Origin: Eledone cirrhosa
Taxonomy: Eukaryota
Assembly: GCA_964016885.1 (NCBI GenBank)
Contig: CAXHJY010000708.1
Location: forward strand, 124,001-188,000
DNA: 64,000 bases
Direction of reading: 5' to 3'
Positions within the stretch are counted from its first letter, which is position 1. Every line of letters begins with the position of its first letter. Positions 62,664-64,000 of this stretch are shown here, piece by piece. A program made the position numbers and the translations under genes. Under the pieces are notes generated by a model, which was not told the DNA's origin, did not search any database, and saw only the letters and a program-made list of their open reading frames with translations.

Positions 62664-64000
62664 ATTTACATAATATAGGTGACGAGAGGAGGAAAGACAA
62701 ATGAGTTGAGAGTGCCTTAGTAAATGAACCAGTGTTTGGCCCAATGGAAATCTGTATCCAATAATGCTAGTGTTTAGCATTTGTGATAAAATAAAACAAA
62801 GTTTTTGATACGTAATAATATATATTATTATTATAAAATAATAAAGTAAAGGAAAATTCAACAGTGTAAGTGTTTCTAATGGCTACCGTGATTCTACTAT
62901 GATGTAAACATTTATAAACTTTAAAAGAAAATTAAGTATGGGGGCTTCAGCTTAAAATATGTTCTGTAAAAAGGTTGAACATTGTAGGCATAGTATCAAG
63001 AATATGAAGTCAGTCGATATATCTCATAACTATTTCTGCTGCATGTAACAAAAGGATTCTTTCTCTATATTAAAGGTAACTTTATGATGTATTATATGAT
63101 GCTTCCATATGATGCTATATGGAAGTGAAACATAGTCAATGAAAACAATGACAGATTATCATCATCATACATCTATTTTTCCTTAGTGGGATGGATTGGA
63201 CAGGTCTTGCCTCATCTCATCAATCAGTGCAGTCCTGGTATACTCTGCAACAGAAAAAAGTTAGTCAAGATTTTTGTTGTTATGTTAGTATATTTGTGGT
63301 GGTTGGACATGCTTTCTATTGCCAAGCACATCAATGCATGGACTGGGTGTATTGTATCATGCCACCACCACTAGTGAGGTTATTAGCATCCTATCTATAA
63401 GAAGAATTATTTCTAAGTCTAAAGGACCTAAAGACAAACTGGCTTTAATTCTTTTGATATCAACCCACCCAAAACTGCTTTGGGTTCTATGGAACAAAAC
63501 CACTAATTTTCATGCTTGCATGAGTTCAACACATTGTCATGTTATGAGGTGAAACAGGTCAGGTGACCCTATCTTGTTCATACACTCTATTTTGGCTTGG
63601 TTTCTATGGCAGGATGCCCTACGTAATGCCAGCATTACAGGGTGAATTGGGTGTATTTTGTCATGACAAGAAAGGAAAACAGGCTTGGAATAAGAGGACC
63701 AAAATGATACTGTGTTAGAGAATTCTTCCAGATATGAGATTACTCAATGGATCATGGCTACAGTAAGAGAAAGATGTGGTGGTTGTTAAGATGGTTAGTT
63801 ATTTTACAACACTAATCTGTAAAATAGCCAATTATCTAACTCATGGCACCATGGAAGGAGGAGGAGGTAAAACGATGAGGATGATAAATTCAATTTCAAC
63901 TACATTAGTTATTAGTGGAATATTTTCACTTGTGAAAATTATAAAATAGTTGTTCAAATATTGATTTGTTGTATTTGAATTTGACACCATTGAAAAGATG

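Overview
AT-rich, repeat-dense eukaryotic DNA. The SINE, RTE, Penelope and microsatellite content suggests an octopus or other cephalopod, but that is inference. The only host coding sequence I can support is the first coding exon of an inositol 1,4,5-trisphosphate receptor (ITPR; 46923-47005, + strand). The ORF track misses it, and I found no next exon in the window. The rest is mobile or repetitive: a near full-length Tx1/L1-clade LINE (about 13031-18933, -) sitting in (TAA)n, a HERO-like RLE retrotransposon 5' remnant, four CRE-like RLE fragments, RTE fragments, a decayed mariner, piggyBac-, pogo- and hAT-type MITEs, more than 20 tRNA-derived SINE copies, Penelope-like remnants with minimal hammerhead ribozyme motifs, and large micro/minisatellites. 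The most notable observations are a twin-priming-type 5' inversion with a 15-bp TSD in a CRE/RLE element, a hairpin that pairs the ITPR start codon, hammerhead motifs, a ~1.3-kb fold-back, palindromes centred on (TA)n tracts, and an inverted SINE pair in the ITPR intron. Nearly all low-complexity ORFs are repeat artefacts.
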